NCBI GenBank assembly: GCA_034664425.1
Contig: JAXDHR010000075.1
Coordinates: 3,362-67,361, forward strand
DNA length: 64,000 nt
Reading direction: 5' to 3'
Source of the DNA: Solirubrobacteraceae bacterium
GTDB lineage: Bacteria; Actinomycetota; Thermoleophilia; Solirubrobacterales; Solirubrobacteraceae
Shown here: positions 1 to 9,001 of the stretch, piece after piece
How the letters are laid out: each line of letters begins with the position of its first letter
Numbering within the stretch: position 1 is the stretch's first letter
Program-made: the position numbers and the translations under genes
The notes under the pieces: model-generated
Seen by the model: only the letters and a program-made list of their open reading frames with translations
What the model was told of the DNA's origin: nothing
Database searches by the model: none

Positions 1-1123
1 CGCCCGACGGTGCCCCGACGTCGCGCATCAGCGCGCTCAGCACGTTCGGCAGCGCATCCGGCCCGCTGCCGGCGGACTCGCCGCCGAGAAGCCGCGCGAC
101 GTGCTCGTGGCGCTCGGGCGCAGCCTCGTAGGTGAACCGGAACGCCGCAGGCGCGGTGACGATCACCGAGAAGCCATGCGGGACGAACGGATGGTCGTCG
201 GGGTAGCCGGCCGGCTGGTAGGACGGCGCCAAGCCGGCGATCGGATACGCGCAGGCGTGCGGGATGTGCACGCCCGCCGAGCCGAACCCGACGCCCGCCA
301 TCGTCGCCGCGAGCATCATCAGCCCGCGCGCCTCGACGTCATCCGCGTGGGCGACCGCGCGGCGCAGGTAGCGGCCGCCGTACTCGAGGGCCTTCGCCGA
401 CCACACGTCGGCAACCGGGTTCGCCCCCTGGTAGGGCGGGCGCTCGTCGGGCGTGGCCGGCCGTGGGCGGGCGTCGAACGGCCGCGACAGGAACGACTCG
501 GCGGCGTGGCAGACGACGTCCAGGCCCGTCGCGGCGGCGACCTGCGAGGGCATCGTGCGCGTCAGCTCCGGGTCGACGATCGCCTGCGACGGGCGCAGGT
601 AGCGATGCGAGATGCCGGTCTTGACCCGCAGCTCGGGCACGTCGAGGACGGCCACCGTCGTCGCCTCCGAGCCGGTGCCCGACGTCGTCGGGATCGCCAG
701 GTGAGGGCGCAGTGGCGCGCGCGGCTTGCGCCCCTCGCCGACCGGCGGGTTGACGTAGTCCATCACCGGCGCCGGGTCCGAGACGATCAGGTCGGCGACC
801 TTGGCGGTGTCGATCGCGGTGCCGCCGCCCACCGACACGAAGCCGTCGACGCCGGCGTCGCGCGCGAAGTCCGCCGCGGCCTGGAAGGACTCGAGCGTCG
901 GCTCCACCCGCGCTCGATCGTAGACCTCGACCGCGATCCCCTCGGCCTCGATCGACGCACGGACGCGGTCCGGGATGCCGAGCGCGGCGACGCCGGGATC
1001 GGTGACCAGCAGCGCGCGGGCCACGCCGAGGCGCTTGAGCTCCCAGCCCGCGTCGGCCACGGCCCCAGCGCCGTACTTGACCGGGGTCGCCTCGAGCGTG
1101 AAGACAGTCTCGTGGTCGACCAT
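1..1123 (-). CDS. Iron-containing (group III) alcohol dehydrogenase family oxidoreductase; 3' end lies outside the window
   Basis: Absent from the ORF track because it is open at the window edge. My reverse-complement read from the ATG at 1123-1121 gives MVDHETVFTLEATPVKYGAGAV... It contains VSVGGGTAIDTAK and PTTSGTGSE motifs typical of Fe-ADH. The frame stays open down to base 2 (..PDALPNVLSALMRDVGAPSG). Confidence 0.8.
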   Translation of the reverse strand, partial: MVDHETVFTLEATPVKYGAGAVADAGWELKRLGVARALLVTDPGVAALGIPDRVRASIEAEGIAVEVYDRARVEPTLESFQAAADFARDAGVDGFVSVGGGTAIDTAKVADLIVSDPAPVMDYVNPPVGEGRKPRAPLRPHLAIPTTSGTGSEATTVAVLDVPELRVKTGISHRYLRPSQAIVDPELTRTMPSQVAAATGLDVVCHAAESFLSRPFDARPRPATPDERPPYQGANPVADVWSAKALEYGGRYLRRAVAHADDVEARGLMMLAATMAGVGFGSAGVHIPHACAYPIAGLAPSYQPAGYPDDHPFVPHGFSVIVTAPAAFRFTYEAAPERHEHVARLLGGESAGSGPDALPNVLSALMRDVGAPSG

Positions 1124-1154
1124 CAGGCGCGCCACGCTACAGATCGGCAGACTG

Positions 1155-1880
1155 ATGCGCGTGGCCCCCGCCGATCCCGTCATGGTCCCACCCCCCAGCT
1201 CCGGCCGTGTCTACGTCCATCCCGTCACGCCCGGGCTCGGCGACGTCGCACCGGACCGCCGGGCCCGCCTCGACGCGATAGCCCGCTGGCTGCAGGACGC
1301 CGCCTGGGCCGACGTGGTCGACTCGGGCATCCCCGACGACGGCGTCTGGGTCGTGCGCCGGATGGAGCTCGTGGCCGAGCGCTTCCCGCGCTTCTGGGAG
1401 CCGCTCGAGCTCGCGACGTTCTGCTCGGGGACCGGGCCGCTCTGGGCCGAGCGGCGGACCACCGTGCGCGGCGCCGAGGGCGGCCACGTCGAGGCCGCCG
1501 CGCTGTGGGTCCACCTCGACCCCGACGGCGCCCGCCCGCGCCCGCTGCCCGAGGGCTTCGAGACGGTCTACGGCGCCGCGGCGCAGGGCCGCCGCGTCCG
1601 CGCCCGCCTCCAGCATCCCGCCGCGCCGCCGGCTGACGCCGAGGCGACCGCCTGGAGCTTCCGCGCCGCCGACCTCGACATGGCCCGACACGTCAACAAC
1701 GCCACCTACTGGACCGTCGCCGAAGAGGAGCTGGCCGGCCGCGACCCGGGCGACGGCTTCCGCGCCACGATCGAGCATCGCGCGCCCGGTGGCGCCGGAC
1801 CCGCCCGCATCGCCGCCGCGGGGGCGCATCGGTGGGTGCTCGATGAGGACGGCACCGTGCTCGCGACCTTCGAGCTGTGA
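1155..1880 (+). CDS. Acyl-ACP thioesterase-like (double hotdog) protein
   Basis: In-frame ATG at 1155 inside track ORF 975..1880. Contains ARLDAIARWLQDAAW, VWVVRRMEL and DMARHVNNATYW motifs. The ~241 aa length fits the FatA/B-like thioesterase family. The start could instead be the M at 1182. Confidence 0.6.
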   Translation: MRVAPADPVMVPPPSSGRVYVHPVTPGLGDVAPDRRARLDAIARWLQDAAWADVVDSGIPDDGVWVVRRMELVAERFPRFWEPLELATFCSGTGPLWAERRTTVRGAEGGHVEAAALWVHLDPDGARPRPLPEGFETVYGAAAQGRRVRARLQHPAAPPADAEATAWSFRAADLDMARHVNNATYWTVAEEELAGRDPGDGFRATIEHRAPGGAGPARIAAAGAHRWVLDEDGTVLATFEL

Positions 1881-1898
1881 GCGGGGTAGACGAACCTC

Positions 1899-2840
1899 AT
1901 GCCACGACTCGGACAGACTGACCTCGACGTCTTCGGCCTCTGCCTCGGCGGCAACGTCTTCGGCTGGACCGCGGACGAACGCGGGTCCTTCGCCGTCCTC
2001 GACGCCTACGTCCAGGCGGGCGGAAACTTCATCGACACGGCGAACTCCTACCTCGTCAAGGGCGGGGAGTCGGAGACCATCATCGGCCGCTGGATGGCCG
2101 ACCGCGGCAACCGCGACGAGATCGTCGTCGCCACCAAGGTCGGGTCCTCCAGGGAGAAGCTCGCCGGCGAGGTCGGCCTGAGCCCCGACGCGATCGCCAA
2201 GGCCGCGCGCTCGTCGCTGAAGCGCCTGCAGACCGATCGCATCGACCTCCTCTACGCCCACAAGCCGGATCCGGAGACCCCGCTCGAGCAGACGCTGCGC
2301 GCGTTTGACCAGCTCGTCCGCGATGGGCTCGTGCGCCACATCGGCTTCTCCAACCACTCCGCCGAGCAGCTCGAGGAGGCGATCGCGATCACGGAGCGCG
2401 AGGACCTCGCCCGGATCCGCGTGCTGCAGGATCACTACAACCTGCTCGAGCGCGACTTCGAGGAGGAGCTCGCGCCGCTGGTGGCCCGGCACGACCTCGT
2501 CGAGGCCCCCTACTACGGCCTCGCGAAGGGCTTCCTGACGGGCAAGTACCGGCCCGGCGGCGACGCGGTGGAGAGCCGGCGGGCCGAGGGCGCCGGCGCC
2601 TACCTCGAGGATCCGCGCGGCATCGCGGTGCTCGAGGCACTCGATGAGATCGCCCACGACCGCGACGTCTCGCTCGCGGCGATCGCGCTCGCCTGGTTGC
2701 GCACACGGCCGGGGGTCGTCGCCCCGATCGCCAGCGCGCGCACCCCGGAGCAGCTCGCCGAGATCCTCCCCTCCGCCGAGCTCGAGCTGTCCGGCGAGGA
2801 GGCCGACCGCCTGACCGCCGCCGGGCAGGCCGCGGTGTGA
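1899..2840 (+). CDS. Aldo/keto reductase
   Basis: 313-aa [11 protein letters not shown]..., [11 protein letters not shown] and [10 protein letters not shown] match the AKR fold signature. Confidence 0.9.
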   Translation: MPRLGQTDLDVFGLCLGGNVFGWTADERGSFAVLDAYVQAGGNFIDTANSYLVKGGESETIIGRWMADRGNRDEIVVATKVGSSREKLAGEVGLSPDAIAKAARSSLKRLQTDRIDLLYAHKPDPETPLEQTLRAFDQLVRDGLVRHIGFSNHSAEQLEEAIAITEREDLARIRVLQDHYNLLERDFEEELAPLVARHDLVEAPYYGLAKGFLTGKYRPGGDAVESRRAEGAGAYLEDPRGIAVLEALDEIAHDRDVSLAAIALAWLRTRPGVVAPIASARTPEQLAEILPSAELELSGEEADRLTAAGQAAV

Positions 2841-3262
2841 GCGGCCGTGCCGGCTACCCGCACGCGCTGGCCATCGCGACGCGCTGGATGGACAACGACG
2901 TCTACGGCCATGTCAACAACGTCCAGTACTACTCGTACTTCGACACGGTGATCAACGAGTACCTGATCTCCGACGGCGGCCTCGACATCCATGCGGGCGC
3001 GGTCATCGGCCTGTGCGCGGAGTCGCACTGCGCCTACAAGGCCGCGCTGGCGTTCCCCGAGACCGTCCACGCGGGGCTGCGCGTCACGAAGCTCGGGCGC
3101 ACGAGCGTCCGTTACGAGATCGGCCTGTTCCGCGGCGAGGACGCCGAGCCCGTCGCCGAGGGCTGGTTCGTCCACGTCTTCGTCGACCGCGAGCAGCGGC
3201 GCCCGGCGGAGATCCCGGAGCCGCTGCGCGCGGCGCTTTCACGGCTGGTCGTCGCCGGCTGA
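2837..3262 (+). CDS. Acyl-CoA thioesterase, 4HBT/YbgC-like hotdog fold
   Basis: 141 aa. [18 protein letters not shown] is the classic 4HBT N-terminal motif. The GTG start overlaps the upstream TGA (GTGA). Confidence 0.8.
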   Translation: MSGRAGYPHALAIATRWMDNDVYGHVNNVQYYSYFDTVINEYLISDGGLDIHAGAVIGLCAESHCAYKAALAFPETVHAGLRVTKLGRTSVRYEIGLFRGEDAEPVAEGWFVHVFVDREQRRPAEIPEPLRAALSRLVVAG

Positions 3263-3900
3263 TGGCGCGTGTCCGTTCCGTCAACGTCGGCCGGCCGGAG
3301 CAGGTCCACGTCCGTCGCGGCCGCCCGATCCACAGCGCGATCGGCAAGGCTCCGGTCGACGGGCGCGTGCGCGTCGAGGGCGTCAACGTGGCCGGCGACG
3401 ACCAGGCCGACCGGCTCGTCCACGGCGGCCCGGACAAGGCGGTCTACGCGTACGCGATCGAGGACGTCCGCTGGTGGGAGGCCGAGCTGGACCGCGCGCT
3501 CCCGCAGGGCATGTTCGGCGAGAACCTCACCACCGAGGGAGTCGACGTCACCGGCGCGGTGATCGGCGAGCACTGGCGCATCGGCACCGTCGAGCTCGAG
3601 GTCTGCCAGCCGCGCCAGCCCTGCTTCAAGCTCGGCCTGCGCTTCGGCGATCCGCTGATGCTGCGCCGCTTCGCCCGCGCGTCGCGGCCCGGGGCCTACC
3701 TGCGGATCGTCCGCGAGGGCGAGCTGGGCGCGGGCGACACGGTCGAGATCCTCTCGCGCCCCGGGCACGGCGTCACGATCGGCATCGTCGGCGACGCGAT
3801 CCTGCTCGACGACACGCTGCTCGACCGCGCCGCGCAGGCGCCGGAGCTGCCCGAGTCGCTCGCCGCCTGGCTGCGCGAGCGCGCGGCCGAGCTCGCCTAG
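3262..3900 (+). CDS. MOSC domain-containing protein
   Basis: In-frame ATG at 3262 within track ORF 3013..3900. [12 protein letters not shown]..., GDDQADRLVHGGPDKAVYAY and the conserved Cys context LEVCQPRQPCFKL are present. Confidence 0.85.
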   Translation: MARVRSVNVGRPEQVHVRRGRPIHSAIGKAPVDGRVRVEGVNVAGDDQADRLVHGGPDKAVYAYAIEDVRWWEAELDRALPQGMFGENLTTEGVDVTGAVIGEHWRIGTVELEVCQPRQPCFKLGLRFGDPLMLRRFARASRPGAYLRIVREGELGAGDTVEILSRPGHGVTIGIVGDAILLDDTLLDRAAQAPELPESLAAWLRERAAELA

Positions 3901-4514
3901 GCCTGGGTCTTGCCGAAGCCGGCGGGCACGGCGGGCAGGCCGTCGAGGCTGCGGGCGTTGCGCGTCGCCTCGAAGGCCCGCAGCTCGCCCGGGCCGCCCG
4001 TCGCGCGCAGCCGCTTGGCCGAGGAGAGCGGCAGATGCTCCCGCTCGCCCTCGTAGGTCATCCGAGGGACGCGGTAGCCGCACGAGTCGGCAACCCGGGT
4101 GACGTCCACATCGACGATCGCCCGCCGCGCCTCGGGGATCGTCGGGTCCTCGAAGTCAAAGCGCTCGAGCAGCGCGCCGAACTCGGGCTCGCCGGCCATC
4201 CGAACCCGCGCGCTGCCGTGCAGGCGGAGGATCCGGGGCGGCCCCTCGAACGCGCACAGCATCACGACGATGCGGCCGTTCTCGCGCACGTGGGCGAGCG
4301 TCTCGGCACCCGAGCCCATGGCGTCGAGGTAGGCCACCCGGTGCGCATCGATCACCTGCAGCGAGCCGATCGGCCCCTTCGGCGAGACGTTGACGTGCCC
4401 GTCGGCGTCCAGCGGCGCCGTGCCGACGAAGAACAGCGGCTGGCGCGCGATCCACTCGCGCTGCTGGTCCTCGATGCCCTCGTAGACGCGCCCCATGCCC
4501 GGATCATTGCGCAC
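3897..4514 (-). CDS. Pyridoxamine 5'-phosphate oxidase family (FMN-binding split barrel) protein
   Basis: 205 aa with QPLFFVGTAPLDADGHVNVSPKG, typical of PNPOx-like proteins. The start may be the second Met at 4496. Confidence 0.75.
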   Translation of the reverse strand: MRNDPGMGRVYEGIEDQQREWIARQPLFFVGTAPLDADGHVNVSPKGPIGSLQVIDAHRVAYLDAMGSGAETLAHVRENGRIVVMLCAFEGPPRILRLHGSARVRMAGEPEFGALLERFDFEDPTIPEARRAIVDVDVTRVADSCGYRVPRMTYEGEREHLPLSSAKRLRATGGPGELRAFEATRNARSLDGLPAVPAGFGKTQA

Positions 4515-5427
4515 CCGAGGGCCGCGCGGCCCTCGGGCTCGCGAGGACCGAGAGGGTCAACGCGGCGAGGATGACCGCCAGCGAGAGCGCCGTCGGCACG
4601 TGCCAGAGGTCGGTGATCAGCATCTTCGAGCCGATGAACACGAGCACCACCGCTAAGCCCTTGTTGAGGTGGCGGAAGCGGTCCCGCATCCCCTCGAGCA
4701 GGAAGTACAGAGACGCGAGGCCGAGCAGCGAGAACGCGTTCGCGGCGAACACGGTGAAGGTGTCGCGGGTGACGGCGAAGATCGCCGGGATCGAGTCGAC
4801 CGCGAAGACGACGTCGAAGGTTGCCACCAGCGCGAGCGCCGCGAGCAGCGGGGTCGCCAGCCGGTGGCCGCCACGGTGCGTGAAGACCTTGTCGCCGTCG
4901 TACTCCGGCGTCGACGGGATCGTCTTGTCGAGAAGCCTGAGCACCGGGTTGCGGCCGGGGTGGATGGCCTCGTCGCCGTGCAGCGCCATGCGGATGCCGG
5001 TGCCCACGAGCAGCACGCCGAACAGGTAGATCGACCAGTGCACGGCGTCGAGCAGCGCGCCGCCGGCGAGGATGAAGATCAGCCGCAGGACGATCGCCCC
5101 GGCGATCCCGAAGAACAGCACCTTGCGCTGTGCCAGCGCGGGCACGGCGAGGTAGGAGAAGAGCATCGCGAAGACGAACAGGTTGTCGAGCGACAGGCTG
5201 CGCTCGAGCACGAAGCCCGTCAGGTACTCCGACGCCGCCGTGCCGCCGCGCCACGGCAGCAGGATCAGGGCGAACGCGACGGCGACGACGGTCCAGCCCA
5301 CGCTCCACAGCGCCGCCGCCCGCATCGAGGGCACGGGGCCCGATGCCCGGCCCGCGACGACGAGGTCGAGCGCGAGCATCGCGATGATCGCTGCCCCGAA
5401 GGCCAGCCAGATGAGGGGGTCCACCAC
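4504..5427 (-). CDS. TerC family integral membrane protein (putative Mn2+/metal exporter)
   Basis: 307 aa, multi-TM. Contains LERSLSLDNLFVF and VFAVDSIPAIFAVT, the duplicated TerC motifs. GTG start preceded by GGAGGA. A riboswitch lies immediately upstream. Confidence 0.9.
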   Translation of the reverse strand: MVDPLIWLAFGAAIIAMLALDLVVAGRASGPVPSMRAAALWSVGWTVVAVAFALILLPWRGGTAASEYLTGFVLERSLSLDNLFVFAMLFSYLAVPALAQRKVLFFGIAGAIVLRLIFILAGGALLDAVHWSIYLFGVLLVGTGIRMALHGDEAIHPGRNPVLRLLDKTIPSTPEYDGDKVFTHRGGHRLATPLLAALALVATFDVVFAVDSIPAIFAVTRDTFTVFAANAFSLLGLASLYFLLEGMRDRFRHLNKGLAVVLVFIGSKMLITDLWHVPTALSLAVILAALTLSVLASPRAARPSGAQ

Positions 5428-5457
5428 GGGAAGGTCCTCCGACGGTCGGTATGTCCA

Positions 5458-5557
5458 TCGAAGGTCTCCCCCGCCCTCTTGCGAGGGCCGGCGCGCCGGG
5501 CCCGCAGGGCCGTATTGACGGCGGCGTCGATCGTGGGGTACTCCCCTTGCCCTCCGA
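5458..5557 (-). promoter_or_regulatory. yybP-ykoY (Mn2+) riboswitch in the TerC leader
   Basis: The minus-strand RNA reads UCGGAGG-GCAAGGGGAGUAC...CGUCAAUAC-GGCCCUGCGGGCC...GCCCUC-GCAA-GAGGGC-GGGGGAGA-CCUUCGA. P1 pairs UCGGAGG with CCUUCGA. GGGGAGUA (L1), GUCAAU and GAGACC (L3) elements are present, plus a GNRA-capped hairpin before the 3' strand, as in the L. lactis Mn2+ riboswitch. It sits upstream of TerC, the canonical context. Confidence 0.65.
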
Positions 5558-5583
5558 ACCCTAGGGTCGCGAGCTTATGGGTA

Positions 5584-5619
5584 GGTAATTCGCTAGACTA
5601 ATTAGCCGTGGCAATTACC
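5584..5619. promoter_or_regulatory. 36-bp nested dyad (candidate MarR operator) overlapping a leaderless-type -10 box and the marR start
   Basis: GGTAATT (5584-5590) and AATTACC (5613-5619) flank the perfect palindrome CTAATTAG (5598-5605), and all share the same centre. TAGACT (5594-5599) lies 8 nt before the GTG at 5608. This is an AT-rich island in a >70% GC genome. Confidence 0.4.
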
Positions 5620-6039
5620 TCGGCGCGCACCGATCTCGCGACCCGCCTGCGCCTCGCGGTGATGCGGACGCATCGGCGGCTGCGTCAGGAGGCCGGCGCT
5701 GACCTGAGCCCGACGCTGCTCGCCGCGCTCGGCACGATTTCCCGCCACGGGCCGCTGACGCCCTCCGAGCTTGCCGAGCGCGAGCGCATCCAGCGTCCGA
5801 CCGCCACTCGCCTGCTGGCCCGCCTCGAGCAGCCGGGTTACGTCGCCCGCACGCCCGACCCGCACGACGGCCGCTCCGCGCTCGTCGCCCTCACGCCCGC
5901 CGGGCAGGCGCTGCTCGCGGATATGCGCCACCGCAAGGACGCCTACCTCGCCCGCCGGCTGCGGACGCTGAGCGCGGAGGACCGGGCGACGCTGCGGCGA
6001 GCCTCGGAGATCCTCGAGCGCCTGGTGGAGGATCGATGA
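5608..6039 (+). CDS. MarR family transcriptional regulator
   Basis: 143 aa. The winged-HTH region LLAALGTISRHGPLTPSELAERERIQRPTATRLLARLEQPGYVAR..DPHDGRS is typical of MarR. Confidence 0.9.
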   Translation: MAITSARTDLATRLRLAVMRTHRRLRQEAGADLSPTLLAALGTISRHGPLTPSELAERERIQRPTATRLLARLEQPGYVARTPDPHDGRSALVALTPAGQALLADMRHRKDAYLARRLRTLSAEDRATLRRASEILERLVEDR

Positions 6040-7331
6040 CGGCCACGGTCTCGCGCACCTTCAGCTCGCTCGCGATCCCCAACTACCGCCGCTACTTCAC
6101 CGGCCAGGTCATCTCGATCTCCGGCAACTGGATGCAGACGGTCGCCGAGATGTGGCTGATCGTCCAGCTCACGGGTTCCGGCGTCTCCGTCGGCCTGACC
6201 GCCGGCCTGCAGTTCCTCCCCGTGCTGCTCTTCGGCGCCTGGGGCGGCCTGCTCGCCGACCGCCTGCCGAAGCGCCGGCTGCTGATGCTCACCCAGGCGC
6301 TGATGGCGCTGCCCGCGCTGACGCTGTGGATCCTCTACGAGCGCGGCACGGTCGAGGTCTGGATGGTCTTCGCGCTCGTCTTCGTCCGCGGGCTCGTGAA
6401 CGCCTTCGACAACCCGGCGCGCCAGAGCTTCGTGGTCGAACTGGTCGGCGGCGACCGCGTCGTCAACGCCGTGTCGCTGAACTCGGTGGTCGTCCACACC
6501 TCGCGCATCGTCGGGCCGGCGCTCGCCGGCGCGCTGATCGCGACCGTCGGCGTCGGCACGTGCTTCTTGGTCAACACGCTCTCGTTCGGAGCCATGCTCG
6601 TCGCCCTCAAGCTGATGAACCCGCGCGAGCTCCTCACCGGCACGCCGATCGCCCGCGCGCGCGGGCAGCTGCGCACCGCCCTCGCGCACGTCCGCAGCAC
6701 GCCCGGGCTGCTGATCCCGCTCGTGATGATGGCCGTGGTCGGGACGCTCTCGTTCAACTTCCAGGTCCTGCTGCCGCTGATGGCGCGCTTCGACTGGCAC
6801 GGCGGCGCCTCCGTCTACGCGGCGCTCACGGTTGCGATGGGCCTCGGCTCCGTGTCGGGGGCGCTCGCCTCCAGCGCCCGCAACCGCGTCACGCCGCGGC
6901 TGCTGGTCATCGCCGCGGTCGGCTTCGGCGTCGCCGAGCTGGCAGTCGCCGCCGCACCCGTGCTGTGGCTCCAGCTGCTGGCGCTCGCGCTGCTGGGCGC
7001 GGTCACGGTCACGTTCGCCGCGACGACGAACTCGCTGCTGCAGCTGTCGGTTGAGCCGGCGCTGCGCGGGCGCGTGATGTCGCTCTACACCGTCGTCTTC
7101 CTCGGCTCGACGCCGATCGGCGCGCCGCTGGTCGGCTGGATGGCGCAGGTCGCCGGGCCGCGCTCCGGGCTGTTGCTCGGCGCGGTTGCCGCGCTGCTGA
7201 CGGGGCTCGTCGCCCGGGTCGCGTTCGCGCGGGCCGAGGTCCCCGTCGGCCGGCCGCCCTCGCCGTGCGATGCCGAGGGCCGCCGGCGCTCCGCCTCGGC
7301 GCGTCCGGCTCGCGCGACCGCGTCGGCCTAA
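6036..7331 (+). CDS. MFS transporter (EntS/MFS_3-like efflux)
   Basis: 431 aa, about 12 TM. The N-terminus FSSLAIPNYRRYFTGQVISISGNWMQ is typical of this MFS subfamily. ATGA overlap with marR. Confidence 0.9.
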   Translation: MTATVSRTFSSLAIPNYRRYFTGQVISISGNWMQTVAEMWLIVQLTGSGVSVGLTAGLQFLPVLLFGAWGGLLADRLPKRRLLMLTQALMALPALTLWILYERGTVEVWMVFALVFVRGLVNAFDNPARQSFVVELVGGDRVVNAVSLNSVVVHTSRIVGPALAGALIATVGVGTCFLVNTLSFGAMLVALKLMNPRELLTGTPIARARGQLRTALAHVRSTPGLLIPLVMMAVVGTLSFNFQVLLPLMARFDWHGGASVYAALTVAMGLGSVSGALASSARNRVTPRLLVIAAVGFGVAELAVAAAPVLWLQLLALALLGAVTVTFAATTNSLLQLSVEPALRGRVMSLYTVVFLGSTPIGAPLVGWMAQVAGPRSGLLLGAVAALLTGLVARVAFARAEVPVGRPPSPCDAEGRRRSASARPARATASA

Positions 7332-7403
7332 GCCGCGTAGTCGGCACGCGTCGCCCGGGCCATCCCGCGACGAGGGAGGGGAACCAGCCGCCATACTGGC
7401 CTG

Positions 7404-7778
7404 ATGGCCTCTCCTGACGCACTACTGGCCGATGCCCCGATCGGGGCAGCCGTCGCCGCCCTCGCCGAACGCAACGCGCACCACCTCGCGCAGATGACCG
7501 AGGAGGAGCAGCGCGACGCGCTCTCGCACTGGCGCGATCTCGCCGTCACCGTGCTCACGGCGGCGGGCGCGGCGCTCGATACGGAGGAGCCCGCCCAGAC
7601 CCCCGGCGGCCGCGCCGTGCTCGTCTTCGAGGACTCCGGCGAGGACGAGATCGCCGTGCACGCGACGCTCTACCCGCAGCCCGAGCAGATCGGCGAGGAG
7701 ATGATGGTCACACCCGCGCAGGCCGCAGCCCTGGAGCTGCTGCAGGGGATGGCCGACGAGAACGACGGCGAGGCGTAG
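7404..7778 (+). CDS. Hypothetical acidic protein
   Basis: 124-aa ORF with coding-like GC3 and no family recognised. Preceded by cATACT plus 6 nt (leaderless-type). Confidence 0.55.
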   Translation: MASPDALLADAPIGAAVAALAERNAHHLAQMTEEEQRDALSHWRDLAVTVLTAAGAALDTEEPAQTPGGRAVLVFEDSGEDEIAVHATLYPQPEQIGEEMMVTPAQAAALELLQGMADENDGEA

Positions 7779-7784
7779 CGGCCC

Positions 7785-8693
7785 ATGACCGAGGAGTTCG
7801 CGCGGACCTCCGCCGACATCGAGCTCTGTTACGAGACGTTCGGCGACCCCGCCGACCCGCCGATCCTCCTGATCATGGGCCTGGCGACGCAGATGATCGG
7901 CTGGCACGAGGAGTTCTGCGCGCAGCTCGCCGACCGCGGCTTCCACGTCATCCGCTTCGACAACCGCGACGCCGGCCGCTCGACGACGTTCAGGGGCCAC
8001 AAGCCGCCGACGCTCGCGCAGATGCTCCGGCGCGACCGCAAGGCCGCTGCCTACTCGCTCGCCGACATGGCCGCCGACACGGTCGGGCTGCTCGACCACC
8101 TCGGCATCGACCGCGCGCACGTGGTGGGCGCGTCGATGGGCGGCATGATCGCCCAGACCGTCGCGATCCGCTTCCCGCAGCGGGTGCGCTCGCTCGTGTC
8201 GATCATGTCCAACACCGGCGGCCGCCTCAGCGGCCAGCCCGCGTTCAAGCTCTACCCGATCGTCCTCAAGCAGGCGCCGCGCGACCGCGCCGGCTACATC
8301 GAGCACACCGTGAAGCTGTTCAAGGCGATCGGCTCGACCGGCTTCGACGTCGACGACGCCCACCTGCGCGACACCGCCGCGCGCTCCTACGACCGCGGGG
8401 TGAGCGCGGCCGCCTCCGGCCGCCAGCTCCAGGCGATCCTCGGCGACCGCGACCGCGCCCCGCAGCTGCGCCGCCTCGACGTTCCCGCCCTGGTCATCCA
8501 CGGCACCGCCGACAAGCTCGTCGCGAAGTCCGGCGGGCGCCACACGGCGAAGGCGATCCCGGGCGCGCGGCTGCTCGAGATCGACGGCATGGGCCACGAC
8601 CTGCCGCGCGGGGCGTGGCCGCAGATCATCGAGGGGATCGTCGAGACGGCCGGCCGCGCCGACCCCGCACGGGCGGCGGCGGAAACGGCCTAG
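7785..8693 (+). CDS. Alpha/beta hydrolase
   Basis: 302 aa. HG-type oxyanion region (LLIMGL), nucleophile elbow GASMGGMIA, and the C-terminal GMGHDLP His motif. Confidence 0.9.
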   Translation: MTEEFARTSADIELCYETFGDPADPPILLIMGLATQMIGWHEEFCAQLADRGFHVIRFDNRDAGRSTTFRGHKPPTLAQMLRRDRKAAAYSLADMAADTVGLLDHLGIDRAHVVGASMGGMIAQTVAIRFPQRVRSLVSIMSNTGGRLSGQPAFKLYPIVLKQAPRDRAGYIEHTVKLFKAIGSTGFDVDDAHLRDTAARSYDRGVSAAASGRQLQAILGDRDRAPQLRRLDVPALVIHGTADKLVAKSGGRHTAKAIPGARLLEIDGMGHDLPRGAWPQIIEGIVETAGRADPARAAAETA

Positions 8694-8857
8694 AAGACCA
8701 GGATCAGCACGATCGCCAGCACCACGACGACGGCCAGGATCGAGCTCGCGGCGATGGCCTGCCACTGGTTGTTCCAGTAGTCCGGCTTCGCCTGGTCGCG
8801 GGTGTGGCGTCCCTCGGGCGGGGTGCCGACCCAGTCGTCGTCGTCACGTGCGGGCAT
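8690..8857 (-). CDS. Small C-terminally membrane-anchored hypothetical protein (55 aa)
   Basis: C-terminal part of shadow ORF 8690..10066. MPARDDDDWVGTPPEGRHTRDQAKPDYWNNQWQAIAASSILAVVVVLAIVLILVF contains one clear TM. No homology recognised. Confidence 0.35.
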   Translation of the reverse strand: MPARDDDDWVGTPPEGRHTRDQAKPDYWNNQWQAIAASSILAVVVVLAIVLILVF

Positions 8858-9001
8858 GGGCAGGTGATACCCGCTCACGCGCTGCACGGCGCCCCCGCCC
8901 CTCGCGATCGCGCAGCGGCACGAGCAGCCAGTGGTGGTTTCAGGCGCGCGCGCCGGGGCCCGGAGCTCGAGCGGTCGCGGCACGTGGCGCACGAGCGCGC
9001 G

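Noticed and set aside
101-1636. 511-aa plus-strand ORF (and the 506-aa minus-strand ORF 1137..2657) covering the first 2.6 kb.
   Set aside because: Both have extreme Arg/Ala/Gly/Pro composition and no motifs. They lie antisense or out of frame to genes with clear family signatures (Fe-ADH, thioesterase, AKR). These are typical high-GC shadow ORFs.
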